From: Bacillota bacterium
GTDB lineage: Bacteria; Bacillota; Clostridia; Ch29
Assembly: GCA_028686075.1 (NCBI GenBank)
Contig: JAQUCT010000002.1
Location: 3,432 to 67,431, forward strand
DNA length: 64,000 nucleotides
Direction of reading: 5' to 3'
Made by a program: the position numbers and the translations under genes
Notes under the pieces: generated by a model
The model's database searches: none
Seen by the model: only the letters and a program-made list of their open reading frames with translations
Told to the model about the DNA's origin: nothing
In this document: one piece after another, positions 16,432 through 27,138 of the stretch
Numbering within the stretch: position 1 is the stretch's first letter
Layout of the letters: each line of letters opens with the position of its first letter

Positions 16432-17679
16432 ACTTGTTATTCCCTTTGAAAGATAAAGCCGCAGATGGTTTAGTGCATTCTTTGCCGCAAAGGTTTGGAC
16501 CTTGTCCCTGTTTCCCATAAATTTGCGTTCCCAGACCCAGCTACCGTCCTCGGCCGACAGGGCCATATATACAATGCCCACCGGCTTGTTTATACTGCCC
16601 CCGTCGGGTCCGGCTATTCCGGTAACCGACAGTCCAATTTCTGAGCCGCACACTCTCCTTACCCCGTCAGCCATCTGCAGGGCCGTCTCACGGCTCACCG
16701 CTCCGGCCTTTATAAGGGTTTCCCGGTTAACGCCCAAGAGGCTTTGTTTAACCCCGTTGCTGTAGCTTACAACTCCACCCATATAGGACTTGGATACCCC
16801 GGATACCGAGGTTAGAAGGGTGCTCAGTTTACCGCCGGTGCAAGATTCTGCCACAGCTAGGGTTTTACCGGATTTAAGGAGGAGCATTGCGGTAACCTGC
16901 TGCAGTGACCGGTCGTGGTATGAGTATATATAATCTCCCAGCCTCTTTTCTATTTCCGATACCACCTTTAAAATAGATTCCGGAACCTTTTCTCCGCTTT
17001 CCGACCGGGAAGTGATACGCACTCTGACCTCCCCATCCCCTGCATAGGGAGCTATGGTGGGGTCCGATTGACTCTCAATAAGGTCGGACAGTTGGTGTTC
17101 TAAAGAGGATTCCCCTATACCGAAAAACTTGAGGGTAATTGACACCAATGAGTTACTTGATTTCTTCCTTAGATACGGTTCAATCTTTTCGTAAAACATG
17201 GGTTTCATCTCAATGGGAGGACCCGGCATCATTATTATGGTTGTGTTGTTGTGCTCCAGTATAATGCCGGGAGCCGTTCCGTTATCGTTGCCAACCACAG
17301 AGGCTCCCTCCGGCACATAGGCCTGTTTTATATTGTTGGGAGTCATTTCCCTGTTGGTCCTCTCAAAATAAGATTTGAGCTTAGTAAGTTCCGCCTCGTC
17401 GGGTATTAGCCTTCTACCGGTTACCTCGGCTACGGTTTCCTTTGTAATATCGTCGGAGGTAGGACCCAAGCCCCCGGTAATTATAATAAGGTCGGAGCGC
17501 TCTATTGCTTCGCCCATTGTTTCCATAAGCCTTTGTCGGTTATCCCCGACGGTTACATGAAAATATACATCAATACCCAGTTTTGCCAGCTCACCGGATA
17601 AAAAAGCACTATTTGTATTTACAATGTTTCCTAAAAGTAGTTCGGTTCCAACGGATATTATTTCAGATTTCATGGTCAT
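16411..17679 (-). CDS. cinA: Competence/damage-inducible protein CinA (MocF-like + CinA C-terminal domain)
   Basis: MKSEIISVGTELLLG N-terminus and the conserved cinA-recA linkage. Confidence 0.9.
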   Translation of the reverse strand: MTMKSEIISVGTELLLGNIVNTNSAFLSGELAKLGIDVYFHVTVGDNRQRLMETMGEAIERSDLIIITGGLGPTSDDITKETVAEVTGRRLIPDEAELTKLKSYFERTNREMTPNNIKQAYVPEGASVVGNDNGTAPGIILEHNNTTIIMMPGPPIEMKPMFYEKIEPYLRKKSSNSLVSITLKFFGIGESSLEHQLSDLIESQSDPTIAPYAGDGEVRVRITSRSESGEKVPESILKVVSEIEKRLGDYIYSYHDRSLQQVTAMLLLKSGKTLAVAESCTGGKLSTLLTSVSGVSKSYMGGVVSYSNGVKQSLLGVNRETLIKAGAVSRETALQMADGVRRVCGSEIGLSVTGIAGPDGGSINKPVGIVYMALSAEDGSWVWERKFMGNRDKVQTFAAKNALNHLRLYLSKGITSIDKNKY

Positions 17680-17722
17680 TTCCTTCCTGTTGAAAGTTTT
17701 CCGGCTAAAAGCCGATTTCCTG

Positions 17723-18265
17723 CTATCTTGAGTTTATAAATATCTTTCTGCTCTTGTAAAGATAATCTATCATCGAAATAAGTGTAAGTGCAACTGCTGC
17801 CCATATTGCTATTTTGTCAAAGGGGACGTTTATTAGACTGAAGGGATAATTATTCAGCATGATGGAAACCACCGCCACAACCTGCGATATGGTCTTTAGT
17901 TTACCCCAAATGCTGGCTGCAATAACCTGACCCTCCGAGGCTGCAATGCTTCTTAATCCCGTCACAACAAATTCCCGTGCCACAATCACCATAGCTATCC
18001 ATGCAGACAGTTTATCCATTTGCACAAGCGATATCAGGGCAGCGGTAATAAGCAGTTTATCGGCAAGGGGATCCATGAGCTTTCCCAGTTTAGTTATCTG
18101 ATTGTGTTTCCTTGCGACATAACCGTCTAGGCTGTCGGTGAGGGCTGCAATAACAAACACTCCCGCTGCCAGGTACTCGCCGTAGGTAATCTTGTTGAGC
18201 AAAAATACCATAAAAACAGGAACCAGTATTATTCTCAAAAGAGTCAACCTGTTAGCCAAATTCAT
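17723..18265 (-). CDS. pgsA: CDP-diacylglycerol--glycerol-3-phosphate 3-phosphatidyltransferase
   Basis: CDP-alcohol phosphotransferase motif DxxDGxxAR (DSLDGYVAR); 180 aa. Confidence 0.9.
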   Translation of the reverse strand: MNLANRLTLLRIILVPVFMVFLLNKITYGEYLAAGVFVIAALTDSLDGYVARKHNQITKLGKLMDPLADKLLITAALISLVQMDKLSAWIAMVIVAREFVVTGLRSIAASEGQVIAASIWGKLKTISQVVAVVSIMLNNYPFSLINVPFDKIAIWAAVALTLISMIDYLYKSRKIFINSR

Positions 18266-19584
18266 CCAACCACTCTCCCAACCAAATCGTATTCAAACGC
18301 GTGTTCAATTCTGACCCTGGCAAAGTCTCCCGCTTTTTTCGCCATATCCGACGTAAACAGTACCAGATTGTCTATTTCAGGCGCATCGCGATAGGTCCTG
18401 CCATAATACTGGCAGTCGTCACGACCGTCTACAATAACCTCCACCTCGTGTCCCACCATTGATGCGTTGTTTTTAAGAGATATTCTTTGCTGCTCCAGCA
18501 TAAGAATCTCCTTTCGTTCCTCCGCCAGCTTCTGCGGTACCCGGTCCTTCATATTGTAAGCCGGGGTATCCTCTTCCCGTGAATAGGTAAACACTCCAAG
18601 CCGATCGAAATAGCCCCTTCTAACAAAGGTCAGCACACTTTCAAAGTCCTGGTCGGTTTCACCGGGGAAACCCACTATTACGGTGCTTCTTATCACCAGC
18701 CCGGGGAGGCGTTCCCTTATGCTACTTAGCAGCTTTTCAGTCCGGGCAGCGGTTGTTCTCCGATTCATCAGTCTTAATATTCTGTCGCTTGCATGCTGCA
18801 CTGGTATATCAAGGTATTTACATATATTAGGCTGTCTTTCTATCGTGTTAATCAGCTCTCCGGTAATGCCATCGGGATAGCAATAAAGGAGCCTTATCCA
18901 GTTCAGGCCTTCTATACCACAAAGCCTATCAAGGAGTTTTGGAAGCCGCATTTCATCGTACAGGTCCCTGCCGTAGCCGGTGGTATCCTGGGCAATTAGT
19001 ATTAATTCTCTTACCTTACCAGAAACCAGGCGTTTGGCTTCTCTTATTATATCCTCCTCCCGGCGGCTCCTGTATTTTCCCCTGAGCTTGGGTATAATAC
19101 AATAGCTGCAATGGTTGTCACACCCTTCGGCTATCTTTAAGTATTCATAATGGGCTCCTTTGGGGGTACTTCGTGGCAGACCCTCCGGTATTACCGCATC
19201 ACGGTGCCCAATATCAAGAACCCTTTTTCCCATAAGGGATTCGTCTACTGCCCTAACTATACCGGGAAAGCTTGTGGTGCCCAGTACTACGTCTATCTCG
19301 GGTATTTCTCTTAGTAGCTCCCTGCCGTATCTTTGGGTCAAACATCCCGTAGCCACCAGAAGAGTGCATCTTCCTTCTTTTTTGTAATTTGCTATTTCCA
19401 GCAGTGTATTTATGGATTCTTGTTTGGCATCCTGTATAAACCCACAGGTATTAACCACAATAATATCTGCTTTCTCCGGCCTATCCACATACCGGTACCC
19501 CTTCTCAATGAGCAGTCCCTTTATCATTTCACTGTCCACCTGGTTTTTGGGGCAACCCAGTGTTATTATCGCAGCACAGTGCAT
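18262..19584 (-). CDS. rimO: Radical-SAM methylthiotransferase, RimO/MiaB family (ribosomal protein S12 methylthiotransferase-like)
   Basis: MTTase N domain, CxxxCxxC radical-SAM motif (CDNHCSYC) and a TRAM C-terminus; sits upstream of pgsA. Confidence 0.8.
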   Translation of the reverse strand: MHCAAIITLGCPKNQVDSEMIKGLLIEKGYRYVDRPEKADIIVVNTCGFIQDAKQESINTLLEIANYKKEGRCTLLVATGCLTQRYGRELLREIPEIDVVLGTTSFPGIVRAVDESLMGKRVLDIGHRDAVIPEGLPRSTPKGAHYEYLKIAEGCDNHCSYCIIPKLRGKYRSRREEDIIREAKRLVSGKVRELILIAQDTTGYGRDLYDEMRLPKLLDRLCGIEGLNWIRLLYCYPDGITGELINTIERQPNICKYLDIPVQHASDRILRLMNRRTTAARTEKLLSSIRERLPGLVIRSTVIVGFPGETDQDFESVLTFVRRGYFDRLGVFTYSREEDTPAYNMKDRVPQKLAEERKEILMLEQQRISLKNNASMVGHEVEVIVDGRDDCQYYGRTYRDAPEIDNLVLFTSDMAKKAGDFARVRIEHAFEYDLVGRVVG

Positions 19585-19600
19585 ATCTTTATTTCCCCTT

Positions 19601-21856
19601 TCACTTGTCCGACCGGCTGTCCACTTTTAAGTCCTCTTTGGTAATTAGCAATTTGCGGGGTTTGCTGCCTTCAAAGCCGCTTATTATTCCCCTTTCCTCC
19701 ATTTGGTCTATAATGCGGGCAGCCCTAGCATAACCTATTTTCAGCTTGCGCTGCATAAGGGACGCCGAGGCCTGGCCGAAATCCAGGGCAATTGCTATGG
19801 CATCGGACAGAAGGTCGTCACAGTCCCCTCTATCGGTATCTTTTTGTGCGGCCGCATCCAATACTTCTTCGCTATAACTGGCCTCTACCTGGTTCTTAAT
19901 GAAGGAGACCACCTTTTCTATTTCTTCCTCCTCAACCAGCGCGCCCTGGACCCTTACGGGTTTTTGTTCCCCCGTCGGATGGTACAGCATGTCCCCTTTT
20001 CCTGTAAGCTTTTCCGCACCGGACATGTCAAGTATTGTTCTGGAATCCACCTGGGACGAAACCGCAAAGGAAATCCTGGACGGAATATTCGCCTTTATTA
20101 TGCCGGTTATTACGTCCACCGAAGGCCTTTGGGTAGCCACAACCAGATATATACCCGAAGCCCTTGCCATCTGGGCCAGGCGGCATATGGCGTCCTCCAC
20201 CTCTGCCGGCGACACCATCATAAGGTCTGAAAGCTCATCTATTACGACAACTATTTGTGGCAGGTATTCCTGGGAGTTTTCCAGCTGTTTCACTTGGTTG
20301 TACCGGTGAATGTCCTTAACCCCCGTCCTGGCAAACTCCTTGTACCTGTTGGTCATTTCCTGCACTACCCAGTTGAGTACGGCGGTAGCCTTCCTCGGGT
20401 CGGTTACCACCGGTGCCAAAAGGTGGGGTATACCGTTGTAATGGCTTAGTTCCACCATCTTCGGGTCTACCAGAATTAATTTTACGTGGGCCGGAGAAGC
20501 CTTGTATAAAAGGCTGGTTATAATACCGTTTATGCAAACGCTTTTACCGGAACCGGTGGCACCGGCTATCAAAAGGTGCGGCATTTCCGAAAGATTGACT
20601 ACAACCGGGTTTCCTGCTATATCCTTCCCAAGGGCCACCGTGATGTTGGAGCTATTGTTTTTAAACACGCTGCTCTCTATTATTTCCCTTAAAAGGACCG
20701 GTACCGTTTCCCTGTTGGGGACCTCCAGCCCTATGGCGGATTTACCTGGTATAGGGGCCTCTATTCTAACCGAGGTTGCCGCCATGCTTAAGGCTATGTC
20801 GTCGGAGAGGTTTAGTATTCTACTAACCTTCACTCCAGGGCTTGGTTGAAGCTCGTACCTTGTAATTGTGGGACCGACACTTACCTGTATAACCTTGGCC
20901 ACCACTCCAAAGGTGTTAAGCGTATCCTCCAGCTTCCTTGCGCTTAAAAGCAGTTCCTTACGGTTACCGGTTTTTTTGCTTTCGTATTCTTTTAAAAGTC
21001 CTGTGGGAGGAAGTCGGTATCCGGGGTATTCGTTTACTATATTAGTTTTATGGAAACCAACGTCCTCTATAACATCGGTAGCCGCTGTTTCAGCGGCGGC
21101 CCTCTGGGGGTTGGCGTAGTCAAAAATTTTGATGCTATCCTCCTGTTTAGGATTAACGTGAGCCGGTTCTTCCTGTTTTACCTGCTCACGATGCATACTT
21201 ATCTTTACTTCCTTCTCAGGCTCTGCCGGTACCATTACAAAATCCCTTAGAGCCTGTCCACTATTTTTTATTACAACCAGAATGCCCTTTATCAGTTTAA
21301 ACAAAAGTGAAACAAAGGAGAGGTCTGTCAGGATTGTGGCGCATATAAGAGCAAAGGCGGCCACTGTTATCTTGCTTCCAAGGGGACCCAATATACTGTA
21401 GAACAGAACGGAAAATATGCCTCCTACTATGCCTCCGCCCTGTTTTTCCATGCCGTGGCCGAAGGCCACCATTGAGTTTTCCCTAAGGTTCTGCCATAGG
21501 CTTGAATCCTTACGCAGCATAACCATCTGTCCATCCCCCGACAGCATATGTATCAGAACAAGTAGGGAAAAATACAACAAAAAAAGTGCTAGGGCTTTGT
21601 TCTCAAACCCTGCTGTGTTTATTCTCAGTATAAAAATGATGCCTGCAATAAGTATAAATAAAGGTATCCCGTACCCGGCTATGCCAAATAGGCCAAATAT
21701 ATAGTCCCTGAAGAAACCGCCGAACACACCGGCCTCACCTTTTTGCATTCCCAGAAATATTAGCACTGCAAGGGCGATCATTGCTATGCCTTTAACCTCG
21801 CACCTTATTCTTTCCTTAGTCTTTTTTGTGTTTCTTCTTTTTTTGGCCGCCGCCAC
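19601..21856 (-). CDS. ftsK: DNA translocase FtsK/SpoIIIE
   Basis: N-terminal TM segments, Walker A GATGSGKS, C-terminal gamma winged helix. Confidence 0.92.
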   Translation of the reverse strand: MAAAKKRRNTKKTKERIRCEVKGIAMIALAVLIFLGMQKGEAGVFGGFFRDYIFGLFGIAGYGIPLFILIAGIIFILRINTAGFENKALALFLLYFSLLVLIHMLSGDGQMVMLRKDSSLWQNLRENSMVAFGHGMEKQGGGIVGGIFSVLFYSILGPLGSKITVAAFALICATILTDLSFVSLLFKLIKGILVVIKNSGQALRDFVMVPAEPEKEVKISMHREQVKQEEPAHVNPKQEDSIKIFDYANPQRAAAETAATDVIEDVGFHKTNIVNEYPGYRLPPTGLLKEYESKKTGNRKELLLSARKLEDTLNTFGVVAKVIQVSVGPTITRYELQPSPGVKVSRILNLSDDIALSMAATSVRIEAPIPGKSAIGLEVPNRETVPVLLREIIESSVFKNNSSNITVALGKDIAGNPVVVNLSEMPHLLIAGATGSGKSVCINGIITSLLYKASPAHVKLILVDPKMVELSHYNGIPHLLAPVVTDPRKATAVLNWVVQEMTNRYKEFARTGVKDIHRYNQVKQLENSQEYLPQIVVVIDELSDLMMVSPAEVEDAICRLAQMARASGIYLVVATQRPSVDVITGIIKANIPSRISFAVSSQVDSRTILDMSGAEKLTGKGDMLYHPTGEQKPVRVQGALVEEEEIEKVVSFIKNQVEASYSEEVLDAAAQKDTDRGDCDDLLSDAIAIALDFGQASASLMQRKLKIGYARAARIIDQMEERGIISGFEGSKPRKLLITKEDLKVDSRSDK

Positions 21857-22046
21857 CGGGTATCACCTCTCTTGTTACTTCTACATACAGGGGTAAAATC
21901 CTCCATCCCCACCTATACAAACAGGCTTCTTAGGTTCAGGCGGAGTTTTAAGCTCCATCTTTCCTTAGAAGCCGTTATCCGTATGTCTAACACCGCTTAT
22001 TTCACCACACAAAAAAGCGGGCGAATAAGCGGCAAATGAGCGTCAG

Positions 22047-22883
22047 TCAGCGGATTATCAGGCCGGCTATAAGACCTGTAAGTCCTACAATCCAACAGTA
22101 GTATGAAAAATAGTGCAGTCTCCCTTTGTTTAGTAAACCTATTAAAAACTTAATGGCTATGGTCCCAGCAACAGCGGCTACAGCCATGCCGGCAAGCATT
22201 ACCGCCAGCTGTCCTGAAGTAATTGCGGCACCGGAATAATTGGAAAACTCCATCACCGCCGCGCCGAGTATGGCGGGTATGGACATTATGAAAGAAAACC
22301 TTGTTGCCAGCTCTCTTGAAAAGCCCCTCATAAGCCCTGCAAATATAGTGGACCCGGACCTGGAAATACCCGGTGTTATGGCAAATCCCTGAAACAACCC
22401 AATAACGATGGCATCCGAAACCCTAATCCGGGCTGGGCCTTTCACCCCGTTTTCAAGTTTGTTTGCTATGTATAAAAGTGTACCTGTAACGAGTAGCATT
22501 ACCGATACTACCTGCGTTGAGCTAAAGGCCTGCTCAAATAAATCGTTGAACAGAACGCCAATTAAGCCGGTTGGTATAGTTGCCATGAGTACCATAACAA
22601 GCATTACCCTGTAGGGATTACTTTTAAGTAGGGCACCCTTTCCTTTCAAAATATCACGGGACATGACGAAGAATTCTATAACCATTTTGTAAATATCTTT
22701 GTTATACACTATAATAATCGAAACCAGGGTACCTAAGTGAAGCATCACTTCGAACAGAATTCCGGTATCGGGCTGCATGCCAAGCAGATTATTGGCCAAA
22801 ACAAGGTGGCCGGAACTGCTCACCGGTAGGAACTCCGTAAGGCCCTGGACTAATCCCATAATAATAGACTGTAGTAAAGACAA
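22047..22883 (-). CDS. uppP: Undecaprenyl-diphosphatase
   Basis: BacA/UppP signature LPVSSSGH near the N-terminus; polytopic membrane protein. Confidence 0.9.
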   Translation of the reverse strand: MSLLQSIIMGLVQGLTEFLPVSSSGHLVLANNLLGMQPDTGILFEVMLHLGTLVSIIIVYNKDIYKMVIEFFVMSRDILKGKGALLKSNPYRVMLVMVLMATIPTGLIGVLFNDLFEQAFSSTQVVSVMLLVTGTLLYIANKLENGVKGPARIRVSDAIVIGLFQGFAITPGISRSGSTIFAGLMRGFSRELATRFSFIMSIPAILGAAVMEFSNYSGAAITSGQLAVMLAGMAVAAVAGTIAIKFLIGLLNKGRLHYFSYYCWIVGLTGLIAGLIIR

Positions 22884-22945
22884 GCTTAATCCCCCTCTAA
22901 AAAAAATAAGAGTTTAGCTCCTTAAAAGCCATAGCAATTATATCA

Positions 22946-23662
22946 CTATTTTTTGTATTCCTCAATCAATTGCCTCAATTTTCCGAGTGCTTCCTTTACA
23001 CCTCCGACTTCATTAATTATACCATGTTCCACCGTTTCTTTCCCCACCAGTATAGTGCCTATATCGTTGGCCAGCTCGTCGGTGGCCGACATCAGTTCCT
23101 TCAGCTTTCCCTTCTCTATACTGGAATGCTTTACAATAAACTCTGTAATACGTTGCTGCATTTTATAAAAATACCGGAAGGTCTGCGGTACCCCTATGAC
23201 CAATCCGTTCATCCTTATAGGATGTATGGTCATGGTTGCGCTGGGAGCAATAAAAGAATAATCAGCGGCTGTGGCCAAGGGGACTCCTATGCTGTGGCCC
23301 CCTCCCAGTACAAGGGAGACCTTTGGTTTAGAAATGCTTGCAATCAATTCCGCAATAGCAAGCCCCGCCTCAACGTCCCCGCCTATGGTGTTTAAAAGCA
23401 GTAAAAGGCCTTCAATCTCTTTGTTCTCTTCCACATTAATAATCTGAGGCATTATGTGCTCATATTTTGTCGCCTTGTTCTGGGTGGGAAGAAGCACATG
23501 TCCTTCTATTTGGCCTATTATTGTCAGGGTGTGTATGGAGGATTTGGATACCGGTATGTTTGATACTCCCAGGGATTTTATATCCTCGGCAATATCTTTC
23601 TGGCTTTTACTGTTAATGTCTGTCCGGGGCTTTCTCCCGTTAATTCTTTTACGCCTGTCCAA
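22946..23662 (-). CDS. tepA: ClpP/crotonase-fold protein, TepA (YmfB)-like translocation-enhancing protein
   Basis: S14-like core lacking a clear Ser-His-Asp catalytic arrangement; position next to ftsK as in Bacillus. Confidence 0.65.
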   Translation of the reverse strand: MDRRKRINGRKPRTDINSKSQKDIAEDIKSLGVSNIPVSKSSIHTLTIIGQIEGHVLLPTQNKATKYEHIMPQIINVEENKEIEGLLLLLNTIGGDVEAGLAIAELIASISKPKVSLVLGGGHSIGVPLATAADYSFIAPSATMTIHPIRMNGLVIGVPQTFRYFYKMQQRITEFIVKHSSIEKGKLKELMSATDELANDIGTILVGKETVEHGIINEVGGVKEALGKLRQLIEEYKK

Positions 23663-23754
23663 GGTTTTTCCTCTCCATTCCTGCTAATGTCTGTCCTATT
23701 ATTATTAGCTTTAACCGTCAAAATATTAACCCCGGCGTTTTTTGTTATACTCGC

Positions 23755-24969
23755 TTAGAGCTTGAATTCGTCGTGCAATACCACAACCGCTTTTTTTGCA
23801 TCTTCGGTTTTTACAAGAACCGAAATGGTTGCATGGGAGTCCGCCGTCTGATAAACCCTTATGGAGTTTTGGTTAAGCACCCTCAAAATCCTTGCCATAA
23901 CCCCGGGCACTCCTCTTATGCGGTTGCCTATCACCGTCACCTTGCTGCAATTTCTGTTGATGGAGAACTTCTCCTTCCTTTCCTGTAGCAGCCCTGCCAC
24001 CCGCTCACAGTCCTTTTCGTCTACCGTGAACACTTTTTTGTCGGTAAATATATTTATTAAGTCAATACTTATGCCCATACCGGCCAGCTGGTCGAGTATA
24101 TCGTCGCCGCTTCCGTGCAAATCTTCGCCTGAATAATCAATTACAACCTGTGCCCGGTTGTGAAGATGGGCAATACCGGTGAGCAGACCGCGGTCGCCCA
24201 TTGGTATGGTCTCGTCGTCCTTTTTGAATTGGGTTATCAAGGTTCCCGGAGAATCCGAGAACGTGTTCTTAATGACCAGTGGAAGGCCGGATTTCATCGC
24301 TATTTCCACGGCCCTTGGATGTATAACCCTGGCACCGGAATCCGCCATCTGGAAAATCTCGTTGTAATCGACGCTTTTTATTACCTTTGCGCTGTTAATA
24401 ATCCTGGGGTCAGCGGTCATTACCCCGTCCACGTCTGTATATATCTCCACTTGGTGTGCATTAAGGGCCTGTCCCAGCACCGCCGCAGTAACGTCGCTGC
24501 CTCCTCTGCCCAGCGTAGTAATATCACCGTATTCGGTGACCCCCTGAAAGCCTGTTATAACCGGTACCCTTTCCCTTTCTATATAGCGGTAGACCCTGTT
24601 TGTATCCACTTTTATCACCGAAGCGTCTCCGTGGTTGTTGTCGGTTATTATTCCCGCCTGGCCGCCGGTTAAGGCCACCGAATCCGTGCCCCTTGTATTC
24701 AAAGCCGTTGCCATAACCACCGCCGAGATGGTCTCTCCGCAGGACATAAGCATGTCAAGGTCCCTTGGCTTTATTCCCATTTCCATTCCGGTGGCAAACT
24801 GGATTAGCGTATCTGTGGCGTATGGTTCGCCTTTTCTACCCATCGCCGAGACCACCACAACCGGGAAGTATCCCACCTGCTTAGCGGCTATTACTTTAGC
24901 CACCGCCTTGCTCCTGTTTTCACTATTTGCCACAGAGGTGCCGCCGAATTTCTGAATTATTATCTTCAT
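23755..24969 (-). CDS. dapG: Aspartate kinase (aspartokinase I, DapG-like, with ACT domains)
   Basis: MKIIIQKFGGTS N-terminus. Start set at ATG 24969 with a perfect AAGGAGG RBS. Confidence 0.9.
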   Translation of the reverse strand: MKIIIQKFGGTSVANSENRSKAVAKVIAAKQVGYFPVVVVSAMGRKGEPYATDTLIQFATGMEMGIKPRDLDMLMSCGETISAVVMATALNTRGTDSVALTGGQAGIITDNNHGDASVIKVDTNRVYRYIERERVPVITGFQGVTEYGDITTLGRGGSDVTAAVLGQALNAHQVEIYTDVDGVMTADPRIINSAKVIKSVDYNEIFQMADSGARVIHPRAVEIAMKSGLPLVIKNTFSDSPGTLITQFKKDDETIPMGDRGLLTGIAHLHNRAQVVIDYSGEDLHGSGDDILDQLAGMGISIDLINIFTDKKVFTVDEKDCERVAGLLQERKEKFSINRNCSKVTVIGNRIRGVPGVMARILRVLNQNSIRVYQTADSHATISVLVKTEDAKKAVVVLHDEFKL

Positions 24970-25046
24970 TGTAAGCCTCCTTAAACCAAAAGATTGCAAA
25001 ATAAATACTATAATACTTATAATAGCACTATTACTCCAAAAAAAAA

Positions 25047-25066
25047 GCCCCTATATAAATAGGAGC
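25047..25066. terminator. Hairpin plus U-run (minus strand) abutting the ymxH stop
   Basis: GCUCCUAU-UUAUAU-AGGGGC followed by nine U residues. Confidence 0.6.
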
Positions 25067-25339
25067 CTATCCAAGGGTCAAAAAACCCTTCCTTTTTTTC
25101 CTTTCGTCCTGCTCTATAATTATCATATCATTACCTATTTTTTTGACGTTTTCCCATGGAACCTCAATATAGTTTCTTTCCCCGAACAGTGAAAACCCCA
25201 GCCTTTCCTCCGGTATCAAAAGCCGTATAATGTTTCCGGTGGCCTCGTCTATTACAAGGTCGGCCTCCGCGACCATTCCCAGCCGCTCTCCGGTATTAAG
25301 GTTTACTATTTCCTTGCCGCCTATCTGGCTAAGCCGCAT
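25067..25339 (-). CDS. ymxH: YlmC/YmxH-family sporulation protein (PRC barrel)
   Basis: 90 aa; family signature MRLSQIGGKEIVNLNTGERLG. Confidence 0.85.
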   Translation of the reverse strand: MRLSQIGGKEIVNLNTGERLGMVAEADLVIDEATGNIIRLLIPEERLGFSLFGERNYIEVPWENVKKIGNDMIIIEQDERKKRKGFLTLG

Positions 25340-25384
25340 AGAATAACCCCCTTCCTATTTTTTATTCTATGCGACGGTTTGTCT

Positions 25385-25828
25385 CTATATTCCGGTATGT
25401 CCAAAACCTCCTGTGCCCCTGTCGCTCTCGTCAAGGTTTTGGGACGCTACTAATTCAACCCTTTCATACCTGCAAACCACCATCTGGGCTATCCGATCAC
25501 CCCGTTTTATTACGAAGGGCACTTTGCCTAAATTTATAAGTATCACTCTTATCTCTCCCCTGTAATCGCTGTCTATGGTGCCTGGGGTGTTTAACACCGT
25601 CACGCCCTTTTTAGCCGCCAGGCCGCTCCTTGGTCTTATCTGTGCCTCGTATCCCGTAGGCAGTTGCAGGTATATACCGGTGGGAATCAGTTCAAAGCAG
25701 CCAGGTTTTATGCTTACCGACCCATCTACTGCTGCATGAAGGTCCATACCGGCCGAACCCTTGCTCATATATTCGGGCATCGGCAAATCGGTGTGTTTTT
25801 GGTCTCTTTTTATTCTAACTCTAATCAT
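25385..25828 (-). CDS. dut: dUTP diphosphatase
   Basis: All five dUTPase motifs present, including RSGLAAK...GTIDSDYRGE...RGTGGFGHTG. Confidence 0.93.
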   Translation of the reverse strand: MIRVRIKRDQKHTDLPMPEYMSKGSAGMDLHAAVDGSVSIKPGCFELIPTGIYLQLPTGYEAQIRPRSGLAAKKGVTVLNTPGTIDSDYRGEIRVILINLGKVPFVIKRGDRIAQMVVCRYERVELVASQNLDESDRGTGGFGHTGI

Positions 25829-27087
25829 ACAATCATCCCTTGCAGTTCCTTTATTTTTTCGTCCGCACTGCCTAAAACCGTAATGGCTATGTTTTGGAAG
25901 TCAATAACATAATCTATCATTTCCCTCAGGTCTTCCATATCAACCAAGTCAATATTTTTCAAGGTTTCCTGCTGGGAAAATATTTTTCCAAGCAAAAGCT
26001 CCGACTTGCCCATGGATGACATCCTGCTGCCGGTTCCTTCCATACCCAGTATATAGTTGCCCTTCATCTGTTCCTTAACTCTTAAAAGTTCCTCTTTCCT
26101 GATGCCGTTTTTCTTTAGGTCTTTCAGTTCGCCTAATATGGTTTGTATTACCTTTTCGAGCTGTGCCGGGTTTGTGCCGGCATAAACGGTCATAAGGCCC
26201 ACGTCGCTGTATGTGGCAGGATACACGTATATGGAATACACCAGGCCCAACTCTTCCCTTACTCTTTGGAACAGCCGGGAACTCATCCCGCCGCCCAATA
26301 GGTTGTTCAGGGCGAGGAATGAATACAGTTTTTCGTCTTTTTGATTAAGGCCCTTAAAACCCATGCAAAAGTGTACCTGCTCGGTATCTTTTTGTTTTAC
26401 GTTGTATTCAAATTTTAGTACCGGCCGGTCAGAATCTGCAGTAACAGGGCTCTTTTCTCCCCAGTCCGAGAAATACTTCGCCGCCAGCCTTTCAATATCC
26501 TTTTGCTTTACGTTGCCGGCCACTGAAATAACCGTATTGTCCGGACGGTAATTGGCCTTAAGGAATGCAAGTATATCCTTCCTATCGATTCCCTTTACTG
26601 TGTTAATGTCCCCCAGCACCGGGTATCCCAGCGGATGGCCCCGAAATACGTTGGATGCGTAGATATCGTGTATTATTTCCTCGGGGCTATCCTCGTACAT
26701 GCTTATTTCTTCGAATACCACATTTTTCTCTTTGTCTATCTCGCTTTGGGAGAATTTCGAATCAAAAAGCATATCCGAGAGTATGTCAAAGGCCAGCTCC
26801 ATCTGCCTATTTAATACCTTAGCGTAATAGCAGGTGCATTCCTTTCCTGTAAAGGCGTTGAGCTGCCCGCCCACGTTGTCTATTTCTTCGGCTATAGCCC
26901 GGGCACTTCTCCTTTTTGTCCCCTTAAAGGCCATATGCTCTATAAAATGGGAAATACCGTTTACCTCCGGTTGCTCGTTTCTGGCACCCGCCGCTATCCA
27001 GACCCCTATACTTACCGATTGTACATAGGGTATCTCTTCGAAAATGATTCTTAATCCGTTTGGTAATACCTTTTTTTTATATTGCAT
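25825..27087 (-). CDS. M16-family zinc peptidase (YmxG/MlpA-like)
   Basis: Inverted zinc motif HFIEHMAFKGT; overlaps the dut start by 4 nt. Confidence 0.9.
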   Translation of the reverse strand: MQYKKKVLPNGLRIIFEEIPYVQSVSIGVWIAAGARNEQPEVNGISHFIEHMAFKGTKRRSARAIAEEIDNVGGQLNAFTGKECTCYYAKVLNRQMELAFDILSDMLFDSKFSQSEIDKEKNVVFEEISMYEDSPEEIIHDIYASNVFRGHPLGYPVLGDINTVKGIDRKDILAFLKANYRPDNTVISVAGNVKQKDIERLAAKYFSDWGEKSPVTADSDRPVLKFEYNVKQKDTEQVHFCMGFKGLNQKDEKLYSFLALNNLLGGGMSSRLFQRVREELGLVYSIYVYPATYSDVGLMTVYAGTNPAQLEKVIQTILGELKDLKKNGIRKEELLRVKEQMKGNYILGMEGTGSRMSSMGKSELLLGKIFSQQETLKNIDLVDMEDLREMIDYVIDFQNIAITVLGSADEKIKELQGMIV

Positions 27088-27138
27088 ATTTATCCTCCTG
27101 TTATGAATTAAGACTATTTAATTATATAGAGGACTATT

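Noticed and set aside
21857-22046. 9-bp inverted repeat ccgcttatt...aataagcgg downstream of uppP
   Set aside because: 22-nt loop and no adjacent U-run on either strand; a weak terminator candidate only.
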